The position numbers and the translations under genes are program-made. The notes under the pieces were generated by a model. That model was not told where the DNA came from. It saw only the letters and a program-made list of their open reading frames with translations, and did not search any database. This document shows, piece by piece, positions 44,467-55,380 of a stretch of 64,000 nucleotides of DNA; the stretch's first letter is position 1; each line of letters starts with the position of its first letter. The stretch spans positions 188,642 to 252,641 of the forward strand of contig CAMJWS010000002.1 in the NCBI GenBank assembly GCA_946409515.1. The letters run 5' to 3'. This DNA is from an uncultured Bacillales bacterium. Its GTDB lineage: Bacteria; Bacillota_I; Bacilli_A; RFN20; CAG-826.

Positions 44467-46863
44467 CTAGATAGCCACGATGTTAACGATACGGTTTTTA
44501 ACAACGATGATCTTTTTGATTTCTTTACCTTCGATGTTACGTTTAACACCTTCAAGGGCTAAAGCAGCGGCTTTCACTACTTCATCATCTTCATCTTTAG
44601 CGATTTCAAGTTCGCCTCTCACTTTACCGTTAACGGAAACACCCATTTTAATGGTGTTAAGCGCTAATTTAGATTCATCATATTTTGGCCATTCTGCGAA
44701 AGCGATTGTTTCTTTATGACCAAGTAAGTGCCACATTTCTTCACCAAGGTGAGGGCAAATACAAGAGATGAGTTTAACGAAACCTTCAGCGTATTTCTTG
44801 CTTAATTTATTAACGCGATAGACTTCATTAATGAAAATCATCATTTGGCTAATCGCTGTATTGAATGATAAGTTAGCGAAATCTTCGCTCACTTTCTTAA
44901 CAGTTTGGTTATAGACTAAATCAAGTTCTGGAGTGTCTTCTTCAGAGACAATATTATTTTCAATAATAATACGGTACACTCTTTCTAAGAATTTATGAGC
45001 GCCTTCGACACCTTGATTAGACCATGGTTTACTAGCTTCAAGTGGACCCATGAACATTTCATATAAACGGAGAGTATCCGCACCGTACTGCGCGACGATA
45101 TCACTTGGGTTAACAACAAATTCTGGATAACGTTTACCCATCTTAATGTTATTACTACCTAAGATCATGCCTTGGTGAACGAGTTTTTGGAAAGGTTCAT
45201 CAAAACTGATATAGCCTTTATCATATAAATATTTAGTCCAAATACGAGAATAGATTAAGTGACCAACTGCGTGTTCTGGACCACCGATATAGAGGTCCAC
45301 TGGTAGCCAGTGATCAGCGAGCTTCTTATCACAGAATGTTTTATCATTCTTTGGATCAACATATCTTAAGAAATACCAAGATGAACCCGCACTACCTGGC
45401 ATAGTAGATGTTTCACGTTTACCATGAAGACCATTATGATTATATTCTTTCCATTCAGTAGCGTTCTCTAATGGCGCTTTACCATTATGACCTTTATAGT
45501 CATCTAGTTCTGGTAAAACGAGTGGTAATTCATCATCGTCAAGAGCGTGGACTGTGCCATCATCAAGATGGACGACAGGAACTGGTTCACCCCAGTATCT
45601 TTGTCTAGCAAAGACCCATTCTCTAAATTTATAGTTAACTTTTTGTTCACCGATGCCTTTTTCTTTTAAGAAATTAATCATCTTATTAATAGCGTCTTCC
45701 TTATTTAAACCATCAAGGAAACCACTATTGATGTGCAAACCATCTTCTTCATAAGCTTCTTTAGAAATATCTCCACCTTCTAAGACTTGGATGATATCTA
45801 AGTTATATTTCTTAGCAAAGGCATAGTCTCTACTATCATGGGCTGGGACTGCCATAATAGCGCCTGTACCATAACTTGCTAAAACATAATCAGAAATATA
45901 AATTGGAACTTTCTTATTGTTTGCAGGGTTAATTGCATAAGCGCCAGTAAAGCAACCAGTCTTATCTTTAGAAGTTGATGTTCTTTCAATTTCACTCTTC
46001 TTACTCGCAGCGTCAATATAAGCAAGAACTTCTTTCTCTTGTTCTTTACTCATAATCTTTTTGATTAAAGCGTGTTCAGGAGATAAGACACAATATGTGC
46101 AACCAAATAATGTATCCGCGCGTGTAGTAAAGACAATGAATGATTCATTACTATCAGCGACTTGGAATTCAATTTCCGCACCAATAGATTTACCAATCCA
46201 GTTTCTTTGGATTTCTTTAGTGGATTCTGGCCAATCAATTCTATTTAAGCCTTCTAATAAGCGTTCAGCAAATTTTGGTTGATCAATAACCCATTGTTTA
46301 AGATTCTTTCTAATAACTGGATAGCCACCACGTTCACTCTTACCGTCAATAACTTCATCGTTACTTAAAACAGTACCGAGTTCTTCACACCAGTTAACTG
46401 GCATATCAATGTATTTAGCGTAGCCATCTAAGAATAGACCTTTAAATATCCATTGGGTCCATTTATAGAAAGATGGATCACTTGTGGCGATGACTCTATC
46501 CCAGTCATAATCAAAGCCGAGTTCTTTTAATTGTTTTGTGAAGTATGCAATATTCTTTTGGGTAAAACCTTCTGGGTGATTACCTGTTTGAATGGCGTAT
46601 TGTTCCGCGGGTAAACCAAAAGAGTCGTAGCCCATTGGGTGAAGGACATTATACCCTTGCATCCTTTTCATACGACAAACGATATCAGTGGCGGTATAGC
46701 CTTCTGGGTGACCAGCGTGTAAGCCCACACCACTTGGATAAGGGAACATATCTAACGCATAGAATTTAGGCTTACTAAAATCATAGACGTCAGTCTTAAA
46801 TGTTTTATTATCTTCCCAATACTTTTGCCACTTGGCTTCGATTTCACGATGATTGAATCCCAT
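44467..46863 (-). CDS. leuS: Leucine--tRNA ligase
   Basis: [40 protein letters not shown]. Confidence 0.98.
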   Translation of the reverse strand: MGFNHREIEAKWQKYWEDNKTFKTDVYDFSKPKFYALDMFPYPSGVGLHAGHPEGYTATDIVCRMKRMQGYNVLHPMGYDSFGLPAEQYAIQTGNHPEGFTQKNIAYFTKQLKELGFDYDWDRVIATSDPSFYKWTQWIFKGLFLDGYAKYIDMPVNWCEELGTVLSNDEVIDGKSERGGYPVIRKNLKQWVIDQPKFAERLLEGLNRIDWPESTKEIQRNWIGKSIGAEIEFQVADSNESFIVFTTRADTLFGCTYCVLSPEHALIKKIMSKEQEKEVLAYIDAASKKSEIERTSTSKDKTGCFTGAYAINPANNKKVPIYISDYVLASYGTGAIMAVPAHDSRDYAFAKKYNLDIIQVLEGGDISKEAYEEDGLHINSGFLDGLNKEDAINKMINFLKEKGIGEQKVNYKFREWVFARQRYWGEPVPVVHLDDGTVHALDDDELPLVLPELDDYKGHNGKAPLENATEWKEYNHNGLHGKRETSTMPGSAGSSWYFLRYVDPKNDKTFCDKKLADHWLPVDLYIGGPEHAVGHLIYSRIWTKYLYDKGYISFDEPFQKLVHQGMILGSNNIKMGKRYPEFVVNPSDIVAQYGADTLRLYEMFMGPLEASKPWSNQGVEGAHKFLERVYRIIIENNIVSEEDTPELDLVYNQTVKKVSEDFANLSFNTAISQMMIFINEVYRVNKLSKKYAEGFVKLISCICPHLGEEMWHLLGHKETIAFAEWPKYDESKLALNTIKMGVSVNGKVRGELEIAKDEDDEVVKAAALALEGVKRNIEGKEIKKIIVVKNRIVNIVAI

Positions 46864-46893
46864 AATACATACTCCTTTAAGAGGGCTAGTTAT

Positions 46894-48330
46894 TTATTTA
46901 ACTAGCATCTTATAAAGTTTAATGTATTCTAAGGTACTCTTCAACCATGAATTATCAGTATTCATTGCATTTTTCATCAATTGATGAAGTAATTTCTTAT
47001 TATTGTAGACATCAAAAGCGTAATGAGATGTTCTAGTCATCTCATAAGCACTATAGGCATCAAAGCCAAAGCCGTTACTAGTTTCAGCGTTATTTCCGTC
47101 ATAACAAATAACACTATCTTTTAAGCCACCTGTTCTACGAACAATTGGTAAAGAACCATATCTTTGAGCAATCATTTGGCCTAAGCCACATGGTTCAAAT
47201 AGGGACGGCATGATAAAGAAGTCACTTGCAGCGTAGACTTTATGCGCGAGGTTATCGCTATAGCCGATAAATAGACCAATACGGTCTGGATATCTATTTT
47301 TTAATTCTTCCCATTTTTGTTCGTATTGACGTTCGCCACTACCGAGCATAAAGATATTAGCCCCTCTAGCGATTAATTCTTCCACTGCAGGGAAGATGAT
47401 ATCAAAACCTTTTTGCCAAGTAATACGTGTGACTAAAGCGTATAAAGGGGCTTTAGGATTCTTAATGCCATATTGGTAGCATAAAGCTTCCTTATTAGCC
47501 TTCTTACCACTGACTAAGTTCTTCGCGGTATATTCTTGAGCGATTTGTTTATCAGTCTCAGGATTAAATTCTAAATAGTCGATACCATTTAAGATACCAG
47601 AGAAGTCCCATTCTCTATAACGAAGCACACTATCTAGACCCATGCCACCTTCTGGAGTTAATAATTCAAGATGATGGGTTGGGGAAACAGTTGTGATTTT
47701 ATTTGAATAAACAATACCCGCTTTTAAGGTGGATACTTGATCTTTGAAACGGACTGAACCGTTATCAAAATATTCATCTGTTAAGTTATAGAAATCACCT
47801 AAAGTGAATTTAGGCATTAAGCCTTGGAATGCTGGGTTATGGATGGTAAAAACAAATTTTGTTTTAGCGAATTTTTCTCTGCATTCTTCATCCACACGTA
47901 AGATACATGGGAGCATACCAGCTTGCCAGTCATGAACATGGATGATGTCTGGATGAGCGCGTTTAGTCAACAAGAACTGCTTAACAGCGACGGTAAAGAG
48001 CGCAAAGCGTTCACCATCATCAAAATCACCATAAATATGGCCTCTTTCAAAATATTGTTGGTTTTCAATAAAGTAATAGGTGATGCCTTCATTTACTAAT
48101 GAATAGACATCGACAGTTTGTTTGCGCCAAGACATGTGTGTCTTATAAGAAGCGGCTTTCTTTAAAGCTTTATCTGATATTTGACGACGAATTGAATCGT
48201 AGAATGGTAAAAATACGGAAACTTCTTCCCCCATCTTTACTAATTCTTTAGAAAGAGAATAAACGACATCAGCAAGACCACCTGTCTTACAAAAAGGACG
48301 GGCCTCGCTAGCAACCATTACTATTTTCAT
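46894..48330 (-). CDS. glgA: Glycogen synthase
   Basis: KTGGLADV, HDWQ, TIHN, PSLFEPCGLGQ. Confidence 0.97.
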   Translation of the reverse strand: MKIVMVASEARPFCKTGGLADVVYSLSKELVKMGEEVSVFLPFYDSIRRQISDKALKKAASYKTHMSWRKQTVDVYSLVNEGITYYFIENQQYFERGHIYGDFDDGERFALFTVAVKQFLLTKRAHPDIIHVHDWQAGMLPCILRVDEECREKFAKTKFVFTIHNPAFQGLMPKFTLGDFYNLTDEYFDNGSVRFKDQVSTLKAGIVYSNKITTVSPTHHLELLTPEGGMGLDSVLRYREWDFSGILNGIDYLEFNPETDKQIAQEYTAKNLVSGKKANKEALCYQYGIKNPKAPLYALVTRITWQKGFDIIFPAVEELIARGANIFMLGSGERQYEQKWEELKNRYPDRIGLFIGYSDNLAHKVYAASDFFIMPSLFEPCGLGQMIAQRYGSLPIVRRTGGLKDSVICYDGNNAETSNGFGFDAYSAYEMTRTSHYAFDVYNNKKLLHQLMKNAMNTDNSWLKSTLEYIKLYKMLVK

Positions 48331-48331
48331 G

Positions 48332-49444
48332 TTAGATATTAGCTCCGAAACTTATATACATGTAGTGATCTTCTTCACCGGCAACATCACGGATTTCTTT
48401 GATTTGAACGTGTTTATCCGCGACGACATATTGGAGGTGAGAATTCTTTCCAACTTTAGTTTTACTAAAGAGAATGCAGTCTTTAACCACCGCTCCTTCT
48501 TCGACAACAACGTCACGAGAAAGGATGGAATTTATAACAGTACCCTTAATTGTGGAACCGTTAGAAATGAATGAATTACTAACGTTAGCCTTTTCACCAT
48601 ATAAGGCTGGAGGAGTATTGTGTGTGGTTGTATAAATTGGCCAATCTTCTTTGAAGAGTTGTTTTCTTACTTCATAAGATAAAAGTTCCATGGAGTATTT
48701 TACGAAACAGTCAAAGTCTAAGATTGGAGCGACATAGCCATCGAACGAGAAGGCATTGACTTCATATAAGCCATTAGTCGCACAGTAATTAACTAAATCA
48801 CGGATATTAAATAAGGTAGAAATCTCTCTTGTTTTGTTAACAAGTTGACAGAATGTTTTATAGTTGAAGATAAAGATTTCTAAAGAAATCATCGCTTCTT
48901 TGGCGGTGCCCATATTAATGGAGAAGTTCTTCACTAATTTGTTTTCTGTTTTGATGACATCGCAGTTTAAGAATTCTTCCTTAGCGTTCTTCACTCTCTT
49001 ATAAATAAGAGAAATCTCACGACCTGATTCGATATGTTTTTCAATATAGTCTCTAAAGTCGATGGACATTAAGAAGAAGGCTGGGGCTACGACAACGTAG
49101 TCAGCATTGATATCTTCAAAGTGCAATCTATTAGATAATAGGTTATTTACGTCGGTATTAAATTTTCTACTTGGAACGTTTTCGTTATAGAAAATTCTTT
49201 GGTTACCCAACTTAGTATTGTTGATCCAAATAGAACCATCTCTCACGTGAGAAACCACGGAGTGAAGATGTCTATCAACGAGAATACCAACATTATCAAT
49301 ACCAGAGTTAGAGAAGTTTGATAAAGTGAAGTCCATTAAGCCATATCTTCCTAAGAAGGAGACAGTACCAATTGGACGTTTTTCAGTGAGCTTGCCTAAT
49401 GAAGGAGCATCATGTAAATTACAAAAACCATAGACTTTTGGCAT
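48332..49444 (-). CDS. glgD: ADP-glucose pyrophosphorylase subunit GlgD
   Basis: LTEKRP..GRYGLMDFTLSN; GlgC paralog lacking the GGxG motif. Confidence 0.93.
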   Translation of the reverse strand: MPKVYGFCNLHDAPSLGKLTEKRPIGTVSFLGRYGLMDFTLSNFSNSGIDNVGILVDRHLHSVVSHVRDGSIWINNTKLGNQRIFYNENVPSRKFNTDVNNLLSNRLHFEDINADYVVVAPAFFLMSIDFRDYIEKHIESGREISLIYKRVKNAKEEFLNCDVIKTENKLVKNFSINMGTAKEAMISLEIFIFNYKTFCQLVNKTREISTLFNIRDLVNYCATNGLYEVNAFSFDGYVAPILDFDCFVKYSMELLSYEVRKQLFKEDWPIYTTTHNTPPALYGEKANVSNSFISNGSTIKGTVINSILSRDVVVEEGAVVKDCILFSKTKVGKNSHLQYVVADKHVQIKEIRDVAGEEDHYMYISFGANI

Positions 49445-49445
49445 A

Positions 49446-50570
49446 TTAGTGAGACACCTTTCCGCCGACTAAGGCAATTTCTTTGCTATTAGCGTTGACC
49501 ACAACACCACTTTCAATTGTGGTATTTGGGGCCACGATTGCGTTATAGACTTTAGCGCCACGTTTAATCACGGAACCTTCCATGACTACGCAGCGGTCAA
49601 CAACAGCATCTTCTTCAATTAAGACTTCATTAGAAATAACAGAAGAATTAACATTACCTAAGACAATAGCACCTTGGTTACAAATCGAAGATTTAATAGA
49701 AGCTTCTCTACCTAAATAATGTGGTAAAGAATATGTATCTTCGGTATAGATTCTAGTGCTTCTATCACCATGGAAATGTAAATCACTTCTATCAAGAGCG
49801 ACGTCCATATTAGCTTCGTGTAAGGAATCTAATGTACCAACGTCTCTCCAATAGCCTTTAAATCTATAGGCTTGAAGTTTTAAACCATCATTAAGCATCG
49901 CTGGGATAATATCGCCACCGAAGTCATGGTTTGTATCTAATGCTTTATCAGCGATTAAGTATTTTCTTAATACTTTCCAAGTAAAGACATAAACACCCAT
50001 AGAGGCTAAGTTGCTCTTTGGTTTCTTTGGTTTTTCTTGGAATTCGGTAATACGGTCGGTTTTATCAACCGCCATAATGCCAAAACGACTTGCTTCTTTA
50101 GGATCAACTTCAATAACGGAAATTGTGGCGTCAGCACCACTATCAACGTGGAGGTCAATCATTTCGTTATAAGTCGTTTTATAAATATGGTCACCTGAAA
50201 GAATCAGGACATAATCTGGGGATAGACCGTCAAGAAATTCAATGTTTTGTGTGATGGCGTCAGCGGTGCCTTTGTACCAGTTAGCGCCTTCATCTGTTTG
50301 ACGCGGGGCAATGGATGTGAGGAGAGCATGGACACCATTGAAACCCCATTTTTCACCATTACCGATATAACTATCGAGAACGGTTGGTTCGTATTGGGTT
50401 AAAACACCAATTGTATTGATTCCACTGTTAGCGCAGTTACTAAGAGGGAAATCAATAATTCTGTATTTAGCCGCAAAAGAGACAGCAGGTTTTGCCATTT
50501 TTTTGGTTAAAAGACCTAATCTTGTCCCCTTGCCGCCTGCAAGAATCATTGCTACGACATTGTGTGACAT
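49446..50570 (-). CDS. glgC: Glucose-1-phosphate adenylyltransferase
   Basis: LAGGKGTRL, AKPAV, GTADA, SGDHIY, YWRDVGT. Confidence 0.97.
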   Translation of the reverse strand: MSHNVVAMILAGGKGTRLGLLTKKMAKPAVSFAAKYRIIDFPLSNCANSGINTIGVLTQYEPTVLDSYIGNGEKWGFNGVHALLTSIAPRQTDEGANWYKGTADAITQNIEFLDGLSPDYVLILSGDHIYKTTYNEMIDLHVDSGADATISVIEVDPKEASRFGIMAVDKTDRITEFQEKPKKPKSNLASMGVYVFTWKVLRKYLIADKALDTNHDFGGDIIPAMLNDGLKLQAYRFKGYWRDVGTLDSLHEANMDVALDRSDLHFHGDRSTRIYTEDTYSLPHYLGREASIKSSICNQGAIVLGNVNSSVISNEVLIEEDAVVDRCVVMEGSVIKRGAKVYNAIVAPNTTIESGVVVNANSKEIALVGGKVSH

Positions 50571-50665
50571 AATATGCTCCTTTTTGTTCGTTTAAATTAT
50601 AACACTGCGCACGCGTAGTTTAAAAACATTTTTGCTACTTTTACATAACTAGTTATAATAAGGGC

Positions 50666-51115
50666 ATGAAAGTCCCAGTTGACCGTCGTAGAACGATATT
50701 AATCTTTATCATCGCAGATCTCTTATTTGCAGTAGCAATATTCCTATCCTGTATGACCCTTTTTCTTTTTCAAAGATGGGGTGTAATACAAATACTCATT
50801 ATTATTCTTTATGTATTAACTAGTATTGGTATGTTAGTGCTCTCTTTAGTGAGGAATTTCTACGTCATTGAAAACAAGTATCTAGTCCAAGTAAGAGCGT
50901 TTAAAGAAGCTTATTACCACTATAACGATGTAGTGTATATCGATAAAAGACAAGCGGAAAAGAAAAGAACACTAGCGTTCTACACTAATAAGGGACATGT
51001 TAAATATCTACCGTTTGATAAAAACGGTGAAATCTATCAGACCATGCTTAAAAAGTGTAATAACTTGTTAAGTGAAGAAGAATTTAAGAAACGTTATCCA
51101 AACGTTAAAATCTAA
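50666..51115 (+). CDS. Membrane protein (2 TM plus bacterial PH-like/EbsA-like domain)
   Basis: Two N-terminal TM helices followed by a short beta-rich domain. Confidence 0.65.
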   Translation: MKVPVDRRRTILIFIIADLLFAVAIFLSCMTLFLFQRWGVIQILIIILYVLTSIGMLVLSLVRNFYVIENKYLVQVRAFKEAYYHYNDVVYIDKRQAEKKRTLAFYTNKGHVKYLPFDKNGEIYQTMLKKCNNLLSEEEFKKRYPNVKI

Positions 51116-51272
51116 ACAAAATAGAGGTTAAATAATATCGACCTCTTTTTTATTAGTTAATCGTTAACTGAAAATTTTGATTTTCAATGATACAGCAAAA
51201 AACAAATTTATTGTTGCTATGATTTTTATCTTATGATAATATTAATCGGCAACAAATCAGGAGGACGATGAT

Positions 51273-51467
51273 ATGTCAAGAGTTTGTCCAGTATTAGGAA
51301 AAGGTCCAGTAAGCGGTAACAACCGTTCCCACTCTTTAAGAGCTACACGTCGTAGATGGAACACCAATCTTCAAGTTCGTACCGTCGTTGTTGATGGCAA
51401 AGAAATGCGTATTCGTATGTCTACAAGAGCATATCGTAGCCTCAATAAACAATATAAGGATCGCTAA
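51273..51467 (+). CDS. rpmB: 50S ribosomal protein L28
   Basis: MSRVCPVLGK..GNNRSHS..TRRRWNTNLQ. Confidence 0.97.
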   Translation: MSRVCPVLGKGPVSGNNRSHSLRATRRRWNTNLQVRTVVVDGKEMRIRMSTRAYRSLNKQYKDR

Positions 51468-51491
51468 TCTTTTACTAAAAAGACAAGATAT

Positions 51492-51521
51492 AAAAATCGA
51501 CTCAGAAACGAGTCGTTTTTT
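51492..51521. terminator. Bidirectional terminator
   Basis: AAAAATCGACTC-AGAAAC-GAGTCGTTTTTT. Confidence 0.75.
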
Positions 51522-51529
51522 ATTTTTCC

Positions 51530-52213
51530 TTAAGCAATAAAACTAAGTATTACAAGAGGTAAAGGTGAAAGCATATAAGTGATAATAGCCCACCACTCAT
51601 TAAGGGCAATCGGGATGGACTTAGGTCTAGCCATCACTTCATTACCATCTTTATCAACACTTTTATCTAAATATATTTTATATGTAGCGCGTGGATTAAA
51701 TAAGAAGATGACCATAGTGACCGCTAATATAACGCCTACCACTATGGCAACAATACTTAACGCTTTAGCGTAGTTCTCATCATTAATTCTGACCGCTTCA
51801 TAGCCTAATAAGGCATTAAGCGCAGGCATTGCAAAAGCAAAAGTCATTGCTAAAGTAGAAACAATAATATGTGTTCTTAAGAATTGAAGCGGCATGAATA
51901 ATAAGCAACCGATTAACGCAGCGGTAATAATAGAAAGCACCACTAAAACGTAGATCGTAATACTTTGAGAATGGGTATTGCTCATCTTATAGATATAAAA
52001 AACAATAACGCCCACCATTGCTAAGACTAAAGCGATATTGCCGTATATATTCCTTTTAAAAGAATTTGGATAATTAAACTCATACGGAAACATTCTTCTA
52101 ATAGAATATTTCACATCGTGTTTTTTATAGTAAAAAGCGGAGGAAAGAAAATATCCACCGACAAAGAGTGATAAGCTCGCTAAAAAGATTGAAAGGGAGA
52201 TTAAACCAGGCAT
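51530..52213 (-). CDS. Hypothetical membrane protein (about 6 TM)
   Basis: Multiple hydrophobic helices; last gene of the gmk-rpe run. Confidence 0.8.
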   Translation of the reverse strand: MPGLISLSIFLASLSLFVGGYFLSSAFYYKKHDVKYSIRRMFPYEFNYPNSFKRNIYGNIALVLAMVGVIVFYIYKMSNTHSQSITIYVLVVLSIITAALIGCLLFMPLQFLRTHIIVSTLAMTFAFAMPALNALLGYEAVRINDENYAKALSIVAIVVGVILAVTMVIFLFNPRATYKIYLDKSVDKDGNEVMARPKSIPIALNEWWAIITYMLSPLPLVILSFIA

Positions 52214-52215
52214 CT

Positions 52216-52875
52216 TTACTTAAATAAACTATCGTATCTTTCCTTAAAGTTATCTGCGCTGAATAAGTAGTTACCAGCAACCAAGACATCAGCGCCAATA
52301 TTTAAGCAGTCTTTACCGGTGATGTCGTTAATACCACCATCGACAGAAATTAAAGCGTGACTTCTTGTTTCAACAATCTCATCGATTAAAGCGCTAATTC
52401 TATCTAAGGTTTCTGGGATGAACTTTTGACCACCCGCACCAGGTTCAACACTCATGACGAGTACTAAATCTAATTTTTCTAAGAATGGAAAGACCTTTTC
52501 AATTGGTGTTCCAGGCTTAACAGACAAGCCCGCTTTCATCTTATATTTATGGATTTCATCGATGACTGCATCGACTTCATCATCATTCTTGCATGCTTCA
52601 TAATGGAAGGTTAAATAGTCAGCGCCTGTTTTAGCGAACTTTTTAACGAAACTCATTGGGTCTTCCACCATGAGGTGAACATCCTTTACAAAGTCGATAT
52701 CTTTAAACAATTTTTCAAAGAAGATATTACCAAAAGAAATATTCGGAACAAAGTGACCGTCCATGACGTCTAAGTGGATCCATGTACCACCAGCATCCTT
52801 AATCTTTTTTAACTCATCTTCTAAGTGTAAGTAGTCACACACTAGAATGGATGGGGAAACGATCATACTTTTCAT
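52216..52875 (-). CDS. rpe: Ribulose-phosphate 3-epimerase
   Basis: HLDVMDGHFVPN, DVHLM, MSVEPGAGGQ, VDGG. Confidence 0.97.
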   Translation of the reverse strand: MKSMIVSPSILVCDYLHLEDELKKIKDAGGTWIHLDVMDGHFVPNISFGNIFFEKLFKDIDFVKDVHLMVEDPMSFVKKFAKTGADYLTFHYEACKNDDEVDAVIDEIHKYKMKAGLSVKPGTPIEKVFPFLEKLDLVLVMSVEPGAGGQKFIPETLDRISALIDEIVETRSHALISVDGGINDITGKDCLNIGADVLVAGNYLFSADNFKERYDSLFK

Positions 52876-53738
52876 TTTGAATACCTCTCTTTTTTAAAAA
52901 TTGCTTCTTCTGATAACTTTTTATAGCATTCATAGGCGAGATTAGAAATCTCACCATTATGAACCTTCTCTTTTACTAAACACCTATTTTCGCTTAAATG
53001 CAAGCAATCCGCAAAATAACATTTATTATATAAATTGGTAAAGCCTGGATAGAAAGCAGCGAGGTCCTCTTTATAGAGATTGAGCTCTAAGGAAGAGAAT
53101 CCTGGAGTGTCGGCAATATAGCCACCTTGATATGGTAAAAGGATGACTTCTTTTGTTTGGTGCTTGCCTCTTCCTAGGGCCATAGAATATTCGCCAACAG
53201 CTCTTTCATAATTGCTATCAATCGCATTGATTAAGGAAGATTTTCCAACTCCAGTTTGACCCATAATGCAGCTTACTTCATCTTTGAATAAAGCCTTCAC
53301 TTCTTCGAGTCCTTCTTTGGTTTTATTGCTGATAAAATAGGTTTCGACATTGATACTAGCAAATGTCTCTTTAATCTCATTTATGAGTTTTTTATCATGC
53401 TCTTTATCAATCTTGGTAATCACTAATTTTGCCTTGATATCATGCATATTAGCGTAGGTTAGATATTTAAACGCTAGAAGATAGGAAAAATCAGGTTCTT
53501 TAAGAGAGAACACTAAGATGATTTGAGAAATATTAGCGATTAACGGTCTTTTCAAAGAAGACGTTCTTGGATAGACATTTTCTATCACCAATTCGTTTGG
53601 ATCAAATTCGATATTATCACCCACAACTGGTTTTATTCCTTGGTTACGGAAAATGCCACGTGGCTTACATTTATAGATGACCCCTTCCGCTTCTATAGCG
53701 TAGAGACCACATGTAATAGCAACAATTAATCCCTTCAT
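52872..53738 (-). CDS. rsgA: Ribosome small subunit-dependent GTPase A
   Basis: TKID, GQTGVGKSS, GRGKH, DTPGF, CYFADCLH.E..C. Confidence 0.96.
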   Translation of the reverse strand: MKGLIVAITCGLYAIEAEGVIYKCKPRGIFRNQGIKPVVGDNIEFDPNELVIENVYPRTSSLKRPLIANISQIILVFSLKEPDFSYLLAFKYLTYANMHDIKAKLVITKIDKEHDKKLINEIKETFASINVETYFISNKTKEGLEEVKALFKDEVSCIMGQTGVGKSSLINAIDSNYERAVGEYSMALGRGKHQTKEVILLPYQGGYIADTPGFSSLELNLYKEDLAAFYPGFTNLYNKCYFADCLHLSENRCLVKEKVHNGEISNLAYECYKKLSEEAIFKKERYSK

Positions 53739-54625
53739 TATTTAAACCCGAAAATCCTCGCTAAGAGCGGTTTCTTTTCTTTTAGTAAATCTGGACGCTT
53801 ACTTATTTCTAATAAGTCATCGTAGAATTCATCCGCTCCTTTATAACGATCGCCTAAGCGTTTTCTTGTCGCATTAGCGATAATCTTTTCAATTTCTTTT
53901 GGACAGTTTGGTACATACTTCTTAACAGGAGGAAATCTTTCCTTAATATGAGCAACTGCAACATTAACTGGAGTGTCTTTATCAAATGGAACATGACCAG
54001 TTAATAATTCATAGAAGGTCACACCAGCGGCATAGATATCTGATTGAATTGAGGCCGGTTTACCTTGAGATATTTCAGGGGCTAAGTAATGGACGGAACC
54101 CACGATTTCACTAGTTTTTGTAAAACTATCATCCACACCACCAGCTTGGGCAATACCAAAGTCACCTAATTTAATCGTGCCATCAGGCATGACATAGATG
54201 TTTTGTGGCTTGATATCACGGTGAATGATGTTATGTTGATGTGCATAAAATAACGCTGATGTAAGTTGGAGCATATAACTAACCGCTTCAGCGATTGGTA
54301 TAGACGTTCTAAAATCGAGCATGTCTTTCATGTTTTGACCGCGCACATATTCGTTAGCGATGTATGGGCGACCTTCAATTGTGCCATGGTTAAAAACCTT
54401 CACGATGTTAGGGTGATTCAAACTTGAGGCAATTGTGGCCTCATTTTGGAAACGACGAAGATTGATTGGATTTTTCATCACGTCTTCCCTAATCATCTTA
54501 ATGGCAACTTTACGTTTATTAATAATGTCAGTGGCTTCATAGACCTCCGCCATACCGCCATGACCAATTCTTGCTTCAATACGATAGCGCCCGTCAACGA
54601 GGGCACCGATTTTAATTGTACTCAT
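53738..54625 (-). CDS. prkC: Hanks-type Ser/Thr kinase (PrkC kinase domain only)
   Basis: GHGGMAEVY, VAIK, HRDIKPQN, DFGIA, GSVHYLAPE; lies between prpC and rsgA. Confidence 0.93.
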   Translation of the reverse strand: MSTIKIGALVDGRYRIEARIGHGGMAEVYEATDIINKRKVAIKMIREDVMKNPINLRRFQNEATIASSLNHPNIVKVFNHGTIEGRPYIANEYVRGQNMKDMLDFRTSIPIAEAVSYMLQLTSALFYAHQHNIIHRDIKPQNIYVMPDGTIKLGDFGIAQAGGVDDSFTKTSEIVGSVHYLAPEISQGKPASIQSDIYAAGVTFYELLTGHVPFDKDTPVNVAVAHIKERFPPVKKYVPNCPKEIEKIIANATRKRLGDRYKGADEFYDDLLEISKRPDLLKEKKPLLARIFGFK

Positions 54626-55380
54626 TATTCTTGTGCCTCCCATATGACCACGGCGATATTGTCACTACCACCATTTTTATTGCCTATAGCAATAAGTTCA
54701 TCGACTTTCTGTTCGACTGTGTCTTCGCCTTTTAAAACTGAGGCGATGTCATTAACAGGCACATTGTTATATAAACCATCGCTACATAAGAGCACGGTTT
54801 CACCCATGTATGGGAATGATTTTACATCCACGCTTGCGCTTGGATAGACACCCAAGGCGTTCATGAGTACGTGTCTTTTTGGATGGGTTAAAGCTTCTTC
54901 TTGACTAATTTGTCCGGTTCTCAATAAGTAGCCAACATATGTTTGGTCTTCCGACATTTGGACGAATTCACGTCTGTTTCTTAAGAAGTAACAACGAGAA
55001 TCACCAACATGGCCTAAGATAGCTGTATCTTTGATGATGAGTAATAAGGTAATTGTGGTACCCATACCATGATAAGACTTGTTACTTTGTGATTGTTCAT
55101 AGATTGATTTATTGGCCTCACGGATCACTTGACCAACCCAGAGTTTTGCAAAGTAACGGTTTAGGAAGCCTTTACGGCTTTTAAATGCTGTCGTAATTGT
55201 ATTAATCGCTAAAGATGAGGCTAAATCTCCTTTGCTTTGACCACCCATACCATCACAAACAACGAGTAAAACATTACCCGAAGCATTGATAAGAGCAGCA
55301 GCTTGGTCCTCATTACTCAAGCGGATTCTTCCAATGTCAGTTTTATATGAGAAGCGACCAGATAGATATCTACTATTCAT
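54625..55380 (-). CDS. prpC: PP2C-type Ser/Thr phosphatase
   Basis: TDIGRIR..NED, VCDGMGG, HVGDSR, CSDGL, GGSDN. Confidence 0.95.
   Translation of the reverse strand: MNSRYLSGRFSYKTDIGRIRLSNEDQAAALINASGNVLLVVCDGMGGQSKGDLASSLAINTITTAFKSRKGFLNRYFAKLWVGQVIREANKSIYEQSQSNKSYHGMGTTITLLLIIKDTAILGHVGDSRCYFLRNRREFVQMSEDQTYVGYLLRTGQISQEEALTHPKRHVLMNALGVYPSASVDVKSFPYMGETVLLCSDGLYNNVPVNDIASVLKGEDTVEQKVDELIAIGNKNGGSDNIAVVIWEAQE

Noticed and set aside
46864-46893. T-box leader for leuS
   Set aside because: Only 30 nt between glgA and leuS, and no T-box motif.
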